A stretch of 64,000 bases of DNA from an uncultured Flavobacteriales bacterium (GCA_964004625.1 CAXFOB010000033.1:23820-87819); one strand, 5' to 3'; counted from the first letter of the stretch, positions 1 through 11,365 are shown. The notes: generated from the letters alone by a model not told the origin. Made by a program: numbers and translations.

Positions 1-394
1 AGATTTGAGATGCAGCAGACCCCCAATCTCCTCTACTCATCGCGGTCCCACTTCCTTGACTCATGCTAAATTGATGTCTGTTAACTGTTCCTGCAGGATA
101 TCCAGCAAGACCACTTTGTGAAGCAATTGCAGACCCAAAATTCGTGTTAAAATCTGTACCAGGTCCCTGTGGATTTGCGTAACCTCCAGTGTGAATATTT
201 ATTAAAAAAACATCATTTGGATTCGCATCATGTAGAGCTTGTCCAATTGCATGTCCATCTGGACAATATCCACAACTTATTCCAGTAAACTCTTCAAGAA
301 TGACATTTTTGTTTTCGGGACTTGTACTTACAAATGTTTGAGCATTTGCTAGAAATGTTCCGAGTACAAATAGAGAAAGTAAATTTGTTTTCAT
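1..394 (-). CDS. Omp28-related outer membrane/secreted protein with thioredoxin-like CxxC (3' end outside window)
   Basis: Hand-translated from ATG at 394: MKTNLLSLFVLGTFLANAQTFVSTSPENKNVILEEFTGISCGYCPDGH...LINIHTG...GYPAGTVNR. Signal peptide plus the LEEFTGxxCxxCP motif of Omp28-like proteins. Missing from the ORF track because it is truncated by the window edge. Confidence 0.85.
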   Translation of the reverse strand, partial: MKTNLLSLFVLGTFLANAQTFVSTSPENKNVILEEFTGISCGYCPDGHAIGQALHDANPNDVFLINIHTGGYANPQGPGTDFNTNFGSAIASQSGLAGYPAGTVNRHQFSMSQGSGTAMSRGDWGSAASQI

Positions 395-430
395 ATTGTT
401 TGATTTTTAGTTTAAATTTTATAGAGATAG

Positions 431-438
431 CAAATATA
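431..438 (-). promoter_or_regulatory. Bacteroidota sigma-A -7 element (TATATTTG) for the Omp28-like gene
   Basis: Exact TAnnTTTG match on the minus strand, 36 nt upstream of the ATG. Confidence 0.55.
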
Positions 439-539
439 ACTAATAATTGTATTTAATCGTATAAAAATAAAATTAATCTAAAGTCTATGTTTTTTAGGAC
501 TCAAAGATAAATTCCCTATATTAGCTAAAAATTTGAATT

Positions 540-1232
540 ATGAAGAAGATACTACTTTCTATTTTATTACTCTCGAATGCAACTATATCCTTTTCTCAAA
601 GTTTGTTGGTTACAGGAGATTCGCTTGTTAATGGAAATGCTTCTGATTTTCAGATTGAATCTCATTTATATGTAAAGAATATTTCTTCTGACACCGCTTT
701 TGTGTATTGTGAAAAAACAGTAATTCAACAAAATCAGACAGGAACAAATAATTTTTGCTGGGCTGGTACCTGTTATGGAGAATCTACAATGATATCAACC
801 AAAGTTGATACAATATTATCCGGTATAGAAAGCTCGGGTTTTGCTGGGTATTATCAACCATGGAATGAATCTGATATTGCGGTTGTAGAATATTGTTTTT
901 ACCTATCATCAGATATAAATGATAGGACTTGTAAAACTGTAACTTATGACGCAACGAAGGTTACAGATTTAAATCAGATTACATCTTCAGATAAAATAGG
1001 TTCTTTCTTCCCGAATCCTACAAAAGAATATACTAATTTTCAGTTTAATGTAAGTTTCCCTTCAATATTACAGATTGCAGATGTTTTAGGTAATGTTGTT
1101 AAAATAATTGAATTGGAAGGCTCTGGTGAAAAAACCATTTACCTTGGAGATTTATACAAAGGTATTTACTTTGGTAATCTTATTGAAAATGGTGAAATCG
1201 TAAAAATTAAAAAATTAATTATTAACAAGTAA
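540..1232 (+). CDS. Secreted protein with T9SS type A C-terminal sorting domain
   Basis: Signal peptide MKKILLSILLLSNATISFSQ. C-terminal FFPNP...DVLGNVV...LYKGIYF...KKLIINK pattern. Confidence 0.85.
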   Translation: MKKILLSILLLSNATISFSQSLLVTGDSLVNGNASDFQIESHLYVKNISSDTAFVYCEKTVIQQNQTGTNNFCWAGTCYGESTMISTKVDTILSGIESSGFAGYYQPWNESDIAVVEYCFYLSSDINDRTCKTVTYDATKVTDLNQITSSDKIGSFFPNPTKEYTNFQFNVSFPSILQIADVLGNVVKIIELEGSGEKTIYLGDLYKGIYFGNLIENGEIVKIKKLIINK

Positions 1233-1250
1233 TTTGTTTATTATATCCTG

Positions 1251-1280
1251 AAACCCCCTTATTTCTAAGGGGGTTTTTTT
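1251..1280 (+). terminator. Rho-independent terminator
   Basis: AAACCCCCTTA-TTTC-TAAGGGGGTTT stem-loop ending in a T7 run, 18 nt after the stop codon. Confidence 0.9.
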
Positions 1281-1292
1281 ATACATAAGCAG

Positions 1293-1300
1293 TATATTTG
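1293..1300 (+). promoter_or_regulatory. -7 promoter element (TATATTTG) for maeB-ruvA-sprA
   Basis: Exact TAnnTTTG match between the terminator and the maeB ATG. Confidence 0.6.
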
Positions 1301-1319
1301 TTGTTAAATTGTAAAAGTA

Positions 1320-3596
1320 ATGGCTAGAAAAATCAGTAAAAAAGCAGCGTTAGAATATCATAGTCAAGGAAGAGCGGGAAAGATTGAAGTCATTCCTACA
1401 AAAGCTCATAGTTCTCAAAGAGATCTTTCTTTGGCTTATTCCCCTGGAGTTGCAGAACCATGTATTCAGATTGATAAAAATAAAAAGGATGTTTACAAGT
1501 ATACAGCAAAAGGAAATCTAGTAGCGGTTATATCTAACGGAACAGCTGTTTTAGGTTTAGGAAATATAGGTCCAGAAGCTTCAAAGCCTGTAATGGAAGG
1601 AAAGGGATTGCTTTTTAAGATATTTGCAGATATTGATGTTTTTGATATTGAGGTAGATGCTACTGATGTAGATAAATTTGTAGACACTGTAAAAGCAATT
1701 TCTCCTACTTTTGGGGGAATTAATCTAGAGGATATTAAAGCTCCTGAATGTTTTGAGATTGAGAACAGGTTGAAGCAAGATTTAGATATTCCAATCATGC
1801 ATGACGACCAACATGGCACAGCAATTATCTCTTCAGCAGCTTTGCTTAATGCTTTGGAAATTGCAAAGAAGAAAATTGAAAAGGTTAAAGTAGTAGTAAA
1901 TGGAGCTGGAGCATCAGCCATTTCGTGTGCTATGTTATATGTCGCTCTAGGAGTTAAAAAAGAAAATATCATAATGTTAGATAGTAAAGGAGTAATTTCT
2001 AACAAGAGAGAAGATTTAACTGATGAAAAACAATTTTTCTCAACAAACAGAAGAGTAGAAACTTTGGAAGATACTATGAAAAATGCAGATGTTTTCTTAG
2101 GACTTTCAAAAGGAGGTATTGTAAGTAAGGAGATGATAATGTCAATGGCTATTAGACCTATTGTGTTTGCTTTAGCAAATCCTGATCCTGAAATTTCGTA
2201 TAAGGATGCAATGGAATGTAGAGATGATATTATTATGGCGACAGGAAGGTCAGATCATCCAAATCAAGTAAATAATGTATTAGGTTTCCCTTATATATTT
2301 AGAGGAGCTATGGATGTACGAGCTACTGAAATAAATGAGAATATGAAACTTGCTGCTGTAAAAGCTATTGCAAAATTAGCAAAAGAAACAGTAGTAGATG
2401 AAGTAAATCTTGCATATGATGATAATGCAATTTCATTCGGGAAAGATTATATTATTCCCAAACCATTAGATCCAAGATTAATTACAGCTGTAGCTCCTGC
2501 AGTAGCAAAGTCAGCAGTTAGAACAGGTGTCGCTCAAATAACAATTGAAGATTGGAAGAAGTATGAACAACAGCTAGACAAAAGATTAGGAAACGATAAT
2601 AAATTAATACGTCAACTAACTAATCGAGCAAAAAGAAACCCTAAAAGAATTGTATTTGCAGAAGCAGAGAACTACAAAGTACTAAAAGCTGTCGAGCAAG
2701 CTCTTGATGAGGGAATTATATCAACGCCAGTGTTATTAGGAAGAAGAGAGAAAATCAACTCTTTAATTGAAGAGTTTTCTTTTGAATTAGATAATATAGA
2801 AATAATTGATCCAAAGGAAAATAAACAAATTAAAAAAAGAGAGGAGTTCGGACTTCATCTCTGGAATAAAAGAAAGAGAAAGGGGTTAACACAGTTTGAG
2901 GCTACAAAACTGATGAGAGAACGAAATTATTATGGTTCCATGATGGTAGAGTTAGGAGAAGCAGATGCATTGATTTCTGGTATAACCAGGAATTATCCGA
3001 ATACCATAAAACCAGCAATGGAAGTGATTGGGAGTAGAGATGATGTGGGTAAAGTCTTAGGTATGTACATTATGAATACTAAAAAAGGGACTTTGTTTTT
3101 AGCGGATACTACAATTAATTTTCATCCTACAGAAGATGATGTTGTAGAGATCACGGAAATGGTTGCGAGGGCGATAAAGTCATTAAGAATAACCCCAAGA
3201 ATTGCTTTGTTGAGTTATTCTAATTTTGGATCGAGTAGAACATCAGATTCTAAAAAAATGGAACGTGCAACAGCAAGAATTAAAGAAAATAATCCTAATT
3301 TAATAATAGATGGTGAGATTCAAGCAGATTTTGCTCTAAACAAGGAAAAATTAAATCAACTTTTCAATTTTTCTTCTCTTTCAGATCAAACTGTAAACAC
3401 CTTAATTTTCCCAAATTTAGAGTCAGGAAATATTGCATATAAACTTATACAAGAATTAGAAGAGACAGATTCTATTGGTCCTATTTTGGTGGGGATGAAA
3501 AAACCGGTTCATATTTTGCAATTAGGTAGTACAGTTAGAGAAATAGTAAATATGATTACTTTAGCTGCAGTAGATGCTCAAATAATAAATAAATGA
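1320..3596 (+). CDS. maeB: NADP-dependent malic enzyme with C-terminal phosphotransacetylase-like domain
   Basis: LSLAYSPGVA, NGTAVLGLG, INLEDI, HDDQHGTA, ALANPDPE and NQVNNVL motifs. PTA-like C-terminal half (RIVFAE...IFPNL..GNIAYK). Confidence 0.96.
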   Translation: MARKISKKAALEYHSQGRAGKIEVIPTKAHSSQRDLSLAYSPGVAEPCIQIDKNKKDVYKYTAKGNLVAVISNGTAVLGLGNIGPEASKPVMEGKGLLFKIFADIDVFDIEVDATDVDKFVDTVKAISPTFGGINLEDIKAPECFEIENRLKQDLDIPIMHDDQHGTAIISSAALLNALEIAKKKIEKVKVVVNGAGASAISCAMLYVALGVKKENIIMLDSKGVISNKREDLTDEKQFFSTNRRVETLEDTMKNADVFLGLSKGGIVSKEMIMSMAIRPIVFALANPDPEISYKDAMECRDDIIMATGRSDHPNQVNNVLGFPYIFRGAMDVRATEINENMKLAAVKAIAKLAKETVVDEVNLAYDDNAISFGKDYIIPKPLDPRLITAVAPAVAKSAVRTGVAQITIEDWKKYEQQLDKRLGNDNKLIRQLTNRAKRNPKRIVFAEAENYKVLKAVEQALDEGIISTPVLLGRREKINSLIEEFSFELDNIEIIDPKENKQIKKREEFGLHLWNKRKRKGLTQFEATKLMRERNYYGSMMVELGEADALISGITRNYPNTIKPAMEVIGSRDDVGKVLGMYIMNTKKGTLFLADTTINFHPTEDDVVEITEMVARAIKSLRITPRIALLSYSNFGSSRTSDSKKMERATARIKENNPNLIIDGEIQADFALNKEKLNQLFNFSSLSDQTVNTLIFPNLESGNIAYKLIQELEETDSIGPILVGMKKPVHILQLGSTVREIVNMITLAAVDAQIINK

Positions 3597-4168
3597 TATC
3601 ACACATAAATGGACGATTAATAGAAAAAACACCAACATATGTAGTTATTGACTGTAATGGTGTTGGGTATAAACTAAATATATCTTTACAAACTTATTCT
3701 GCAATTCAAACAGAAAATTGCAAGTTACTTACTCATTTATCAATTAAAGAAGATGCGCATACTCTTTATGGATTTTACACTTCAGATGAGAGAGAGTTGT
3801 TTAGACAATTAATCTCAGTTTCTGGAGTAGGACCTAGTACAGCTCGAATGATATTATCAACTTATTCTTCAGAGGAAATAGTACAATATATTATTTCTGC
3901 AGATGTTGTTGCAATACAAAATGTAAAAGGAATTGGAGGAAAAACATCACAAAGAATAATTATAGATCTTAAAGATAAGGTTGGTAAAGGAAAAGAAGTT
4001 TCAGATTTATTATTTACACAAGACAATACTATTAAAGAAGAAGCGTTATCTGCCTTACTAGCTTTAGGATTTACTAAAAAAGTTGCTGAGAAAAAGGTGG
4101 ATCAAGTGATGAAAAATCATAATGGAGATATTACTGTAGAAGATTTAGTAAGAAAGTCTTTAGGGTAA
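3593..4168 (+). CDS. ruvA: Holliday junction branch migration protein RuvA
   Basis: NGVGY, LYGF, LISVSGVGP, GIGGKTSQRIIIDLKDK, EALSALLALGF. Confidence 0.96.
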   Translation: MISHINGRLIEKTPTYVVIDCNGVGYKLNISLQTYSAIQTENCKLLTHLSIKEDAHTLYGFYTSDERELFRQLISVSGVGPSTARMILSTYSSEEIVQYIISADVVAIQNVKGIGGKTSQRIIIDLKDKVGKGKEVSDLLFTQDNTIKEEALSALLALGFTKKVAEKKVDQVMKNHNGDITVEDLVRKSLG

Positions 4169-4178
4169 AACAAGAAAA

Positions 4179-7100
4179 TTGAATAAAGGAAATTCGTATA
4201 TATTTTTATTAACTATAGTTCTGTTACTTTGTACAAGTAAACAAGCAGAATCCTTTATTTTTTTATCAGACAATTCTATTTCAGACACTACATTAACCTA
4301 TCCTTTCCCTTCTAATCATTTTGGAGGATTGTATATGAATGTTCCTGAAAACTTTAAGAAGCAAATTGTTTACGATAAAAACACCGAAAAATATATTTTA
4401 TATCAGAGGATAGGAAATACAGATTTAGTCTCTCAAACTGTAATGTCTTTTCAAGAATATCTAGATTATCAATTAGAAGAAATGATGCAAAATCACTGGA
4501 CTCTAAGGAGTGGAGACAGACAGAAATCCACACAACAAAGTTATGGACTACCTAAACTATATGTTCGAGGAGAAGCTTTTGATAAAGTGTTTGGTGGTAA
4601 TACTGTAGATATTCGTCCACAAGGATCTGCAGAATTAATCTTTTCTTTAAGAGTAAATAGATTGGATAATCCTAATTATACTGTAAAACAAAGAAAGACT
4701 ACTTCCTTCGATTTTCAAGAGAAAATACAAATGAATGTAATTGGTAAAATTGGTGAAAAATTAAAACTTACTACTAATTTTAATACTGAAGCTACATTTA
4801 ATTTCGAAAACGATATGAAGTTAGAATATACCGGTTTTGAAGATGAAATTATAAAGAAGATTGAAGTTGGAAATGTTAGTTTACCTTTAAATGGAACCTT
4901 AATTACAGGAAGTCAGAGTTTGTTAGGTATAAAAACTCAATTACAATTTGGGAGAACAACTTTTACCGGAGTATTATCTCAACAAAGATCAACTACATCA
5001 GAAGTAGAAGTTACAGGAGGAGCTCAAACATCAGAATTTGATATATATGCAGATCAATATGAAGCTAACAAACATTTTTTCTTGTCTCATTATTTTAAAG
5101 ACAATTACAATACCGCTTTAGCTAATTTACCTTTTATAAACTCTCCAATCAACATTACTAAAGTTGAGGTTTGGATAACTAACAAAACAGGAGAAACAGA
5201 GAATAGTAGAAATATTATCTCATTCCTAGATTTAGGAGAAACATCTGGGAATTTGCAAAACACATCTTTTACAACTTCTTTAGGAGGTTCTTTTCCAGAT
5301 AATGATCAGGCAAATGATATGTATCAACATTTACTCTCTCAGTTTTCAGGTATAAGAGATGTAAATCAGGTAAATAATGAATTATCAATTCCATCAAATT
5401 TAAGTATTAATTTTATAGGAGGGCAAGATTTTGAAAAATTAGAAAGAGCTAGAAAACTTAAAGAAACAGAGTATACATTACATCCTCAATTAGGATATAT
5501 TTCATTAAATCAAGCACTAAACAATGATGAGGTTTTGGCGGTTGCTTTTCAATATACTATCGGAAATCAAGTTTATCAGGTTGGAGAATTAACTTCTACA
5601 GGACCTAATGCTCCAGATGCACTGATTGTAAAATTGTTGAAAGGGACGACTTTTTCGCCGTCATTAATGAACTGGGAATTGATGATGAAAAATATTTATG
5701 CGTTAGGAGCTTATCAGATGAGTTCTAATGAATTTGTGTTAGATGTTATTTATGAAAACACTGAGGAATCTGGAGGTTTAACAAATTATATTCCAGAAGG
5801 GACTGTAAATGGGATTCCGATTATTAAACTTCTTAATTTGGATAATTTGAATCAACAACAAGCTACGGTTTCGGATGGTACGTTTGATTTTATTGAAGGA
5901 CTAACTGCTCGATCTTCAAATGGTAGAATTATTTTCCCAGTTTTAAAACCTTTTGGGGAAGATTTAAGATTAAATTTTGATGATAATCAGATTGCGGACA
6001 AGTATGTTTATGATTATCTTTATGATTCTACCCTAACAGTAGCACAAAAATACCCAGAACTGAATAAATTTAGATTAATAGGTTCTTATAAATCTTCTTC
6101 CGGAGCAGAAATCTCACTAAATGCTATGAATGTTCCCGAAGGTTCAGTAACAGTTACAGCAGGGTCTCAAAAATTAGTTGAAAATCAGCACTATACAGTA
6201 GACTATATGCTCGGAAGAGTTACAATAATTGATGAAGGAATTTTAAATTCTGGGATTCCAATTAAGATTTCATTAGAGAATAATGCAATGTTTGGAATTC
6301 AGGATAAAACGTTAATAGGTTTTCATACAGATTATGAGATAAATAAAGATTTTATTATTGGAGGTACTTTATTAAAATTATCAGAATCTCCTTATGTAAA
6401 TAAAATTAATGCAGGAGACGAGCCAATCTCCAATACTATTCTAGGGCTAGACGGAACCTACCAAACAGAGTCTTTGTTTATAACAAGGATGGTAGACAAA
6501 TTACCATTCCTAGAAACAAAGTCAAAGTCAAGAATTATAGCAACTGCAGAAATTGCAAAACTTATCCCAGGTCACCATAGAAGGATTGATAATGGAGAAG
6601 GAGGAACATCTTATATTGATGATTTCGAGGCAAGTCGAAGTTCTATAGATATTAAAAATGTAAGGTCTTGGAATTTAGCTTCGATTCCACAAGGGCAAAA
6701 TGATATTTTTGAGAATGCAAGTTTAAATAACGATTTAACTTTAGGGTTCAGAAGAGCAAAATTATCGTGGTACACAATTGACCCTTCAGTATTTTTTAGA
6801 TCTACATCAAATACGCCTCCAGGAGTAAATAATAATATTATAGCTCCAAATAACTCTCAAGTTCCACAACAATCTTATCATTATACAAGAGAAATTCTAG
6901 AAAAAGAGGTTTTTCCTAATAAAGACCCTCAATATGGATCCCAGATTACAAATATGTCCATATTAGATTTGGCATATTATCCAGAAGAGAGAGGCCCATA
7001 TAATTATACAGTAAATGGATTATATTCTGATGGAACTCTTATGAATCCTCATAAAAATTGGGCAGGAATAATGAGAAAAATTGAAACAAATGATTTTGAG

Positions 7101-10100
7101 GCAGCTAATATTGAATTTGTTGAATTCTGGATGATGGATCCATTTAACTCAGAAGATGGAGATATTACTCATTCAGGAGGAGATTTATATATTCAATTAG
7201 GGAATGTTTCAGAAGATGTTTTAAAAGATGGTTATAAAAGTTTTGAAAATGGATTACCAATAAATTCTACCATTGTAGATGTGGATACCACCGTTTGGGG
7301 TAGAGTTCCTACTTCTTACTCTATTGTTGATGCTTTTGATAATGATCCTTTAGCAAGGGAATATCAAGATGTCGGTTTAGATGGTTTACGAGATGTAGAT
7401 GAGAGGTTGTTTTTTGAGGAGAATTATATTCAAGCGATTGCAGACAACCCGGCTTTAGGAACTTCTTCTGTTGCATATGAAAATGCTGTTAACGACCCAT
7501 CAGGTGATAACTTCCATTATTATATGGGTACTGACTTTGACAATGTTGAAATGAACTTATTAGATAGATATAAAAATTATAATAGTCCTGATGGTAACTC
7601 AGCTACTACCGAACAATCAATAGAATCGTATTCTACTTCAGCTACCTCCATCCCAAATTCAGAAGATATTAATAGAGATAATACATTAGGAGAATCGGAA
7701 AGTTATTTTCAATATAAAGTTAGACTTTCTCCCCAAAGTATGAATATTAGTAATCCATATATTTCGGATGTCTTGGAAACTACAGTTACAACTAAGAATG
7801 GCGAAGATAGAGCTATAAAGTGGTATCAATTTAGAGTCCCGGTATATAACCCAGAAAAGGTAATTGGTAGTATTCAAGATTTCAAATCTATTCGATTTAT
7901 GAGAATGGTGTTATCTGATTTTTCGAAACCAATTATTTGTCGTTTTGCTACGTTAGAGTTAGTAAGAGGAGAGTGGAGAAGATATGATTTAGATTTAACT
8001 CAAGGTGGAGAATATATACCTAATGATATTGATGATGAAACTTTATTTGATGTATCTTCAGTAAATGTTGAAGAGAATTCTCAACGATTTCCAATTAATT
8101 ATGTTTTACCTCCTGGTATTGAGCAAAATATTGATAATACAACTACCTTTTCTAGAAAAGATAATGAGCAGTCTTTAGTCTTAAAAGTATGTAATCTTGA
8201 AGATGGAGATTCTCGAGCGGCTTATAAAACTTCTGATTTAGATGTTAGAGCGTATAAAAGGTTAAAGATGTTTGTACATGCAGAGGGAGAAGAAGATGAT
8301 TTACAAGATGGTGATCTTTCTTGTTTTATTAGGTTGGGTACTGATTTTGTGTCAAATTATTATGAGTATGAAATACCTTTAAAAGTTACGAATCATGGTG
8401 CAAACGGCAGATTAGAGGTGTGGCCTGTAGAAAATAATATTGATATTCAATTTGAACAGTTTCAGTCTGCTAAGCAAGAAAGAAACTTCTCCACTACAGA
8501 TGTAAGCTCTCCATATGTAGTTTATTTGTCGGATGGTAAAAAGATAACAGTAGTTGGTAACCCTAATTTAAGTAGGGTCAAAACAATTATGTTAGGTGTT
8601 AGGAATCCAAAAAAGACATCTCTAGATTCGGATGATGATGGATTTTCAAAATGCGGTCAGATTTGGGTAAATGAATTAAGACTCACAGATTTTGATGAAT
8701 ATGGTGGTTGGGCTGCAAATGCAAGGTTTACAACAAAGTTAGCGGATTTTGGAACAGTTACAATGTCTGGGAGTATGAGTACAATAGGATTTGGTTCTAT
8801 TGAGAAAAAGGTAAATGAGAGACAAAAATCAAATGATTATCAATACGATCTATCCTCTAATTTAGATTTAGGAAAATTTTTTCCTGAGAAATATGGGGTT
8901 AAAATTCCTATGCATATCAGTTCTTCCGAACAAATAAGGAATCCTCAATATAACCCTTTAGACCCTGATATATTATTTAATACTACCTTAGAAACAATGG
9001 GTAGTAAATCTGCAAAAGATTCGTTAAAGCACATTGCTCAAGATTATGTAAGTAGACATAGTATTAATTTTACAAATGTCAGAAAACTTGCTACTCAGAA
9101 TAAGGCAACCTCAGAGAAAACAAGATCTCCTAAAATATATGACTTAGAAAACTTTACTCTTTCGTATTCAAAGGTAGAGGATTACATAAGAAATATAAAC
9201 ACAGAAGAGAATAGAACAAAAATATTTAGAGGAGCTCTTACTTATAATTTTAATACTCGTCCTAAAAATATCAAACCATTTTCAAAACTTAAAATAGGAA
9301 AAAGTCCGTATGCAAGATTAATCAAGGACATTAATTTCTACACAATGCCAAAGTCTTTCTCTTTCCGGTCAGATTTAGATAGAATGTATAATGTTACGCT
9401 TTTGAGGAATGTAAACAATTCATATATGTTGATTGAACCAACTTATAATAAGTACTTTAATTGGAATAAATCTTACGAATTAAAATATGACATTACTAGA
9501 ACATTAAAAGTGGATTTTTCAGCAAGAAACCAGGCAAGTATTGATGAGCCCGCAGGAAGGATGGATAGAGATTATGCTTACTTTAAGCAGAATAGAGATA
9601 CAGTTTGGAACAATTTTTGGAAAGGAGGCCGTCCTACTATGTATCATCATGATGTTTCGGTAAACTATCAATTACCATTAAATAAGATTCCTCTTACAAA
9701 CTTCTTAAGTTTAAATACTAGATATAGTGCAAACTTTGATTGGACAGCTGCTCCTTTAGCACTTTCAGATTTAGGAAATAATATTCAAAACTCTAATAAT
9801 GTACAATATAATGGTCAGATAAATTTAAGTACTCTTTACAATAAGGTTCCATATTTTAAGAAGATTTTAGCAAGTAATAAGAAAAAACAAAGAAATAGAG
9901 GAAGAGTGTCCAGAACAAATAACGAGAACAAGACAGAAGAGGTAGCAAAGAAACAAGAACGGTTTGTAATATTTAAGCATGCGGCTAAGTTTGTTTTAGG
10001 TGTAAAAAACATCTCAGTGAATCTTACAAAGAATCAAGGAACATTTATTCCAGGTTTCTTACCAGAAGCGAATTTCTTCGGACAACATTGGGGAAAATTG

Positions 10101-11342
10101 GCTCCAGGAATACCTTTTACTTTGGGTAGCCAAAGAGAATTAATTTCAATAGCGGGAGACAGAGGTTGGTTAACTCAAAACGAGAATATAAATACATTAT
10201 ATAAGAGAAATGCATCAACCAATATGGTAATTAGAAGTACAGTAGAACCATTTAATAAATTTAGGATAGAATTAACAGCAAATAAAAATAACTCTTTAAG
10301 TGAACAAGAATATTATCGTTGGTCTCCTGATGATAATATATTTGCGAGTTTTTCTGAAATGCAACAGGGTCAGTTTTCTATTTCATTTATTTCATGGGGT
10401 ACAGCATTCAATTCAGATAATGATAATTCGGAGTCTGCAACATTCCAAAAATTCAGAAATTACAGAAACGAAATTGCTAAAAGGATTGCATCTCAAAATC
10501 CAAACTATTCTGGGATAATTGATTCAACTGGATTTCCTCAAGGATATGGAGCGGCATCTCAGGATGTAATTATACCTGCATTTTTAGCTGCTTACTCAGG
10601 TGGAGATGCTTTGGGATCTTCTTTAAGTACCATGCCTTCTATTCCTTTGCCAAATTGGAGAGTGAATTATGATGGTTTAATGCAGGTGAAATTCATAAAA
10701 AAGAAATTCCAAACTTTTAGTTTAGGACATGCTTACAGAAGCACTTATTCAGTTGGTTCATTCATAAATAGTTTAGATTATGATGATAATGGTTCTGGAT
10801 GGTCATCAACAATAAATCCAAATACAGGAAATTATTTTTCTCAATTTGAAATAGGACAAGTTACAATTAATGAACAGTTTTCTCCGTTAATAAAAATAGA
10901 TATGACTTGGAAAAACAGTTTAATTACTAAATTAGAGGTAAAAAAGAATAGAACACTTAATTTGTCATTATCTAACAATCAGCTTACCGAAATAAAAGGA
11001 AGTGAATATGTGATTGGTACTGGGTATAGAATAAAAGATTTAGAATTTAGATTTAGATCAGGTGGAAGATCAAAGAAAATTTCATCTGATTTAGATTTAA
11101 AATTAGATTTAAATATAAGAAATAATGAAACGGTAATTAGAAAAATTGTAGAAAATGATGAACAAACAACTATGGGACAACAAACAATAAGTATTAAGTT
11201 TTCGGCAGATTATGTGGTAAATTCCAGATTAAATTTGAAAATGTTCTATGATAAAATAATAACTAATCCGTTTATCACAACCACTTATCCAGGAGCTATT
11301 ACTAATGCAGGATTTAGTTTACGATTTACTTTAGCTGGATAA
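4179..11342 (+). CDS. sprA: T9SS outer-membrane translocon / gliding motility protein SprA
   Basis: 2387 aa. FGGNTVDIRPQGS, FENDMKLEYTG.EDEIIKKIEVGNV, FVEFWMMDPF, WVNELRL motifs. Lies between ruvA and gcvH as in Flavobacteria. TTG start uncertain. Confidence 0.95.
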   Translation: MNKGNSYIFLLTIVLLLCTSKQAESFIFLSDNSISDTTLTYPFPSNHFGGLYMNVPENFKKQIVYDKNTEKYILYQRIGNTDLVSQTVMSFQEYLDYQLEEMMQNHWTLRSGDRQKSTQQSYGLPKLYVRGEAFDKVFGGNTVDIRPQGSAELIFSLRVNRLDNPNYTVKQRKTTSFDFQEKIQMNVIGKIGEKLKLTTNFNTEATFNFENDMKLEYTGFEDEIIKKIEVGNVSLPLNGTLITGSQSLLGIKTQLQFGRTTFTGVLSQQRSTTSEVEVTGGAQTSEFDIYADQYEANKHFFLSHYFKDNYNTALANLPFINSPINITKVEVWITNKTGETENSRNIISFLDLGETSGNLQNTSFTTSLGGSFPDNDQANDMYQHLLSQFSGIRDVNQVNNELSIPSNLSINFIGGQDFEKLERARKLKETEYTLHPQLGYISLNQALNNDEVLAVAFQYTIGNQVYQVGELTSTGPNAPDALIVKLLKGTTFSPSLMNWELMMKNIYALGAYQMSSNEFVLDVIYENTEESGGLTNYIPEGTVNGIPIIKLLNLDNLNQQQATVSDGTFDFIEGLTARSSNGRIIFPVLKPFGEDLRLNFDDNQIADKYVYDYLYDSTLTVAQKYPELNKFRLIGSYKSSSGAEISLNAMNVPEGSVTVTAGSQKLVENQHYTVDYMLGRVTIIDEGILNSGIPIKISLENNAMFGIQDKTLIGFHTDYEINKDFIIGGTLLKLSESPYVNKINAGDEPISNTILGLDGTYQTESLFITRMVDKLPFLETKSKSRIIATAEIAKLIPGHHRRIDNGEGGTSYIDDFEASRSSIDIKNVRSWNLASIPQGQNDIFENASLNNDLTLGFRRAKLSWYTIDPSVFFRSTSNTPPGVNNNIIAPNNSQVPQQSYHYTREILEKEVFPNKDPQYGSQITNMSILDLAYYPEERGPYNYTVNGLYSDGTLMNPHKNWAGIMRKIETNDFEAANIEFVEFWMMDPFNSEDGDITHSGGDLYIQLGNVSEDVLKDGYKSFENGLPINSTIVDVDTTVWGRVPTSYSIVDAFDNDPLAREYQDVGLDGLRDVDERLFFEENYIQAIADNPALGTSSVAYENAVNDPSGDNFHYYMGTDFDNVEMNLLDRYKNYNSPDGNSATTEQSIESYSTSATSIPNSEDINRDNTLGESESYFQYKVRLSPQSMNISNPYISDVLETTVTTKNGEDRAIKWYQFRVPVYNPEKVIGSIQDFKSIRFMRMVLSDFSKPIICRFATLELVRGEWRRYDLDLTQGGEYIPNDIDDETLFDVSSVNVEENSQRFPINYVLPPGIEQNIDNTTTFSRKDNEQSLVLKVCNLEDGDSRAAYKTSDLDVRAYKRLKMFVHAEGEEDDLQDGDLSCFIRLGTDFVSNYYEYEIPLKVTNHGANGRLEVWPVENNIDIQFEQFQSAKQERNFSTTDVSSPYVVYLSDGKKITVVGNPNLSRVKTIMLGVRNPKKTSLDSDDDGFSKCGQIWVNELRLTDFDEYGGWAANARFTTKLADFGTVTMSGSMSTIGFGSIEKKVNERQKSNDYQYDLSSNLDLGKFFPEKYGVKIPMHISSSEQIRNPQYNPLDPDILFNTTLETMGSKSAKDSLKHIAQDYVSRHSINFTNVRKLATQNKATSEKTRSPKIYDLENFTLSYSKVEDYIRNINTEENRTKIFRGALTYNFNTRPKNIKPFSKLKIGKSPYARLIKDINFYTMPKSFSFRSDLDRMYNVTLLRNVNNSYMLIEPTYNKYFNWNKSYELKYDITRTLKVDFSARNQASIDEPAGRMDRDYAYFKQNRDTVWNNFWKGGRPTMYHHDVSVNYQLPLNKIPLTNFLSLNTRYSANFDWTAAPLALSDLGNNIQNSNNVQYNGQINLSTLYNKVPYFKKILASNKKKQRNRGRVSRTNNENKTEEVAKKQERFVIFKHAAKFVLGVKNISVNLTKNQGTFIPGFLPEANFFGQHWGKLAPGIPFTLGSQRELISIAGDRGWLTQNENINTLYKRNASTNMVIRSTVEPFNKFRIELTANKNNSLSEQEYYRWSPDDNIFASFSEMQQGQFSISFISWGTAFNSDNDNSESATFQKFRNYRNEIAKRIASQNPNYSGIIDSTGFPQGYGAASQDVIIPAFLAAYSGGDALGSSLSTMPSIPLPNWRVNYDGLMQVKFIKKKFQTFSLGHAYRSTYSVGSFINSLDYDDNGSGWSSTINPNTGNYFSQFEIGQVTINEQFSPLIKIDMTWKNSLITKLEVKKNRTLNLSLSNNQLTEIKGSEYVIGTGYRIKDLEFRFRSGGRSKKISSDLDLKLDLNIRNNETVIRKIVENDEQTTMGQQTISIKFSADYVVNSRLNLKMFYDKIITNPFITTTYPGAITNAGFSLRFTLAG

Positions 11343-11365
11343 TTTTGATAACTGATGTAAAAGTG

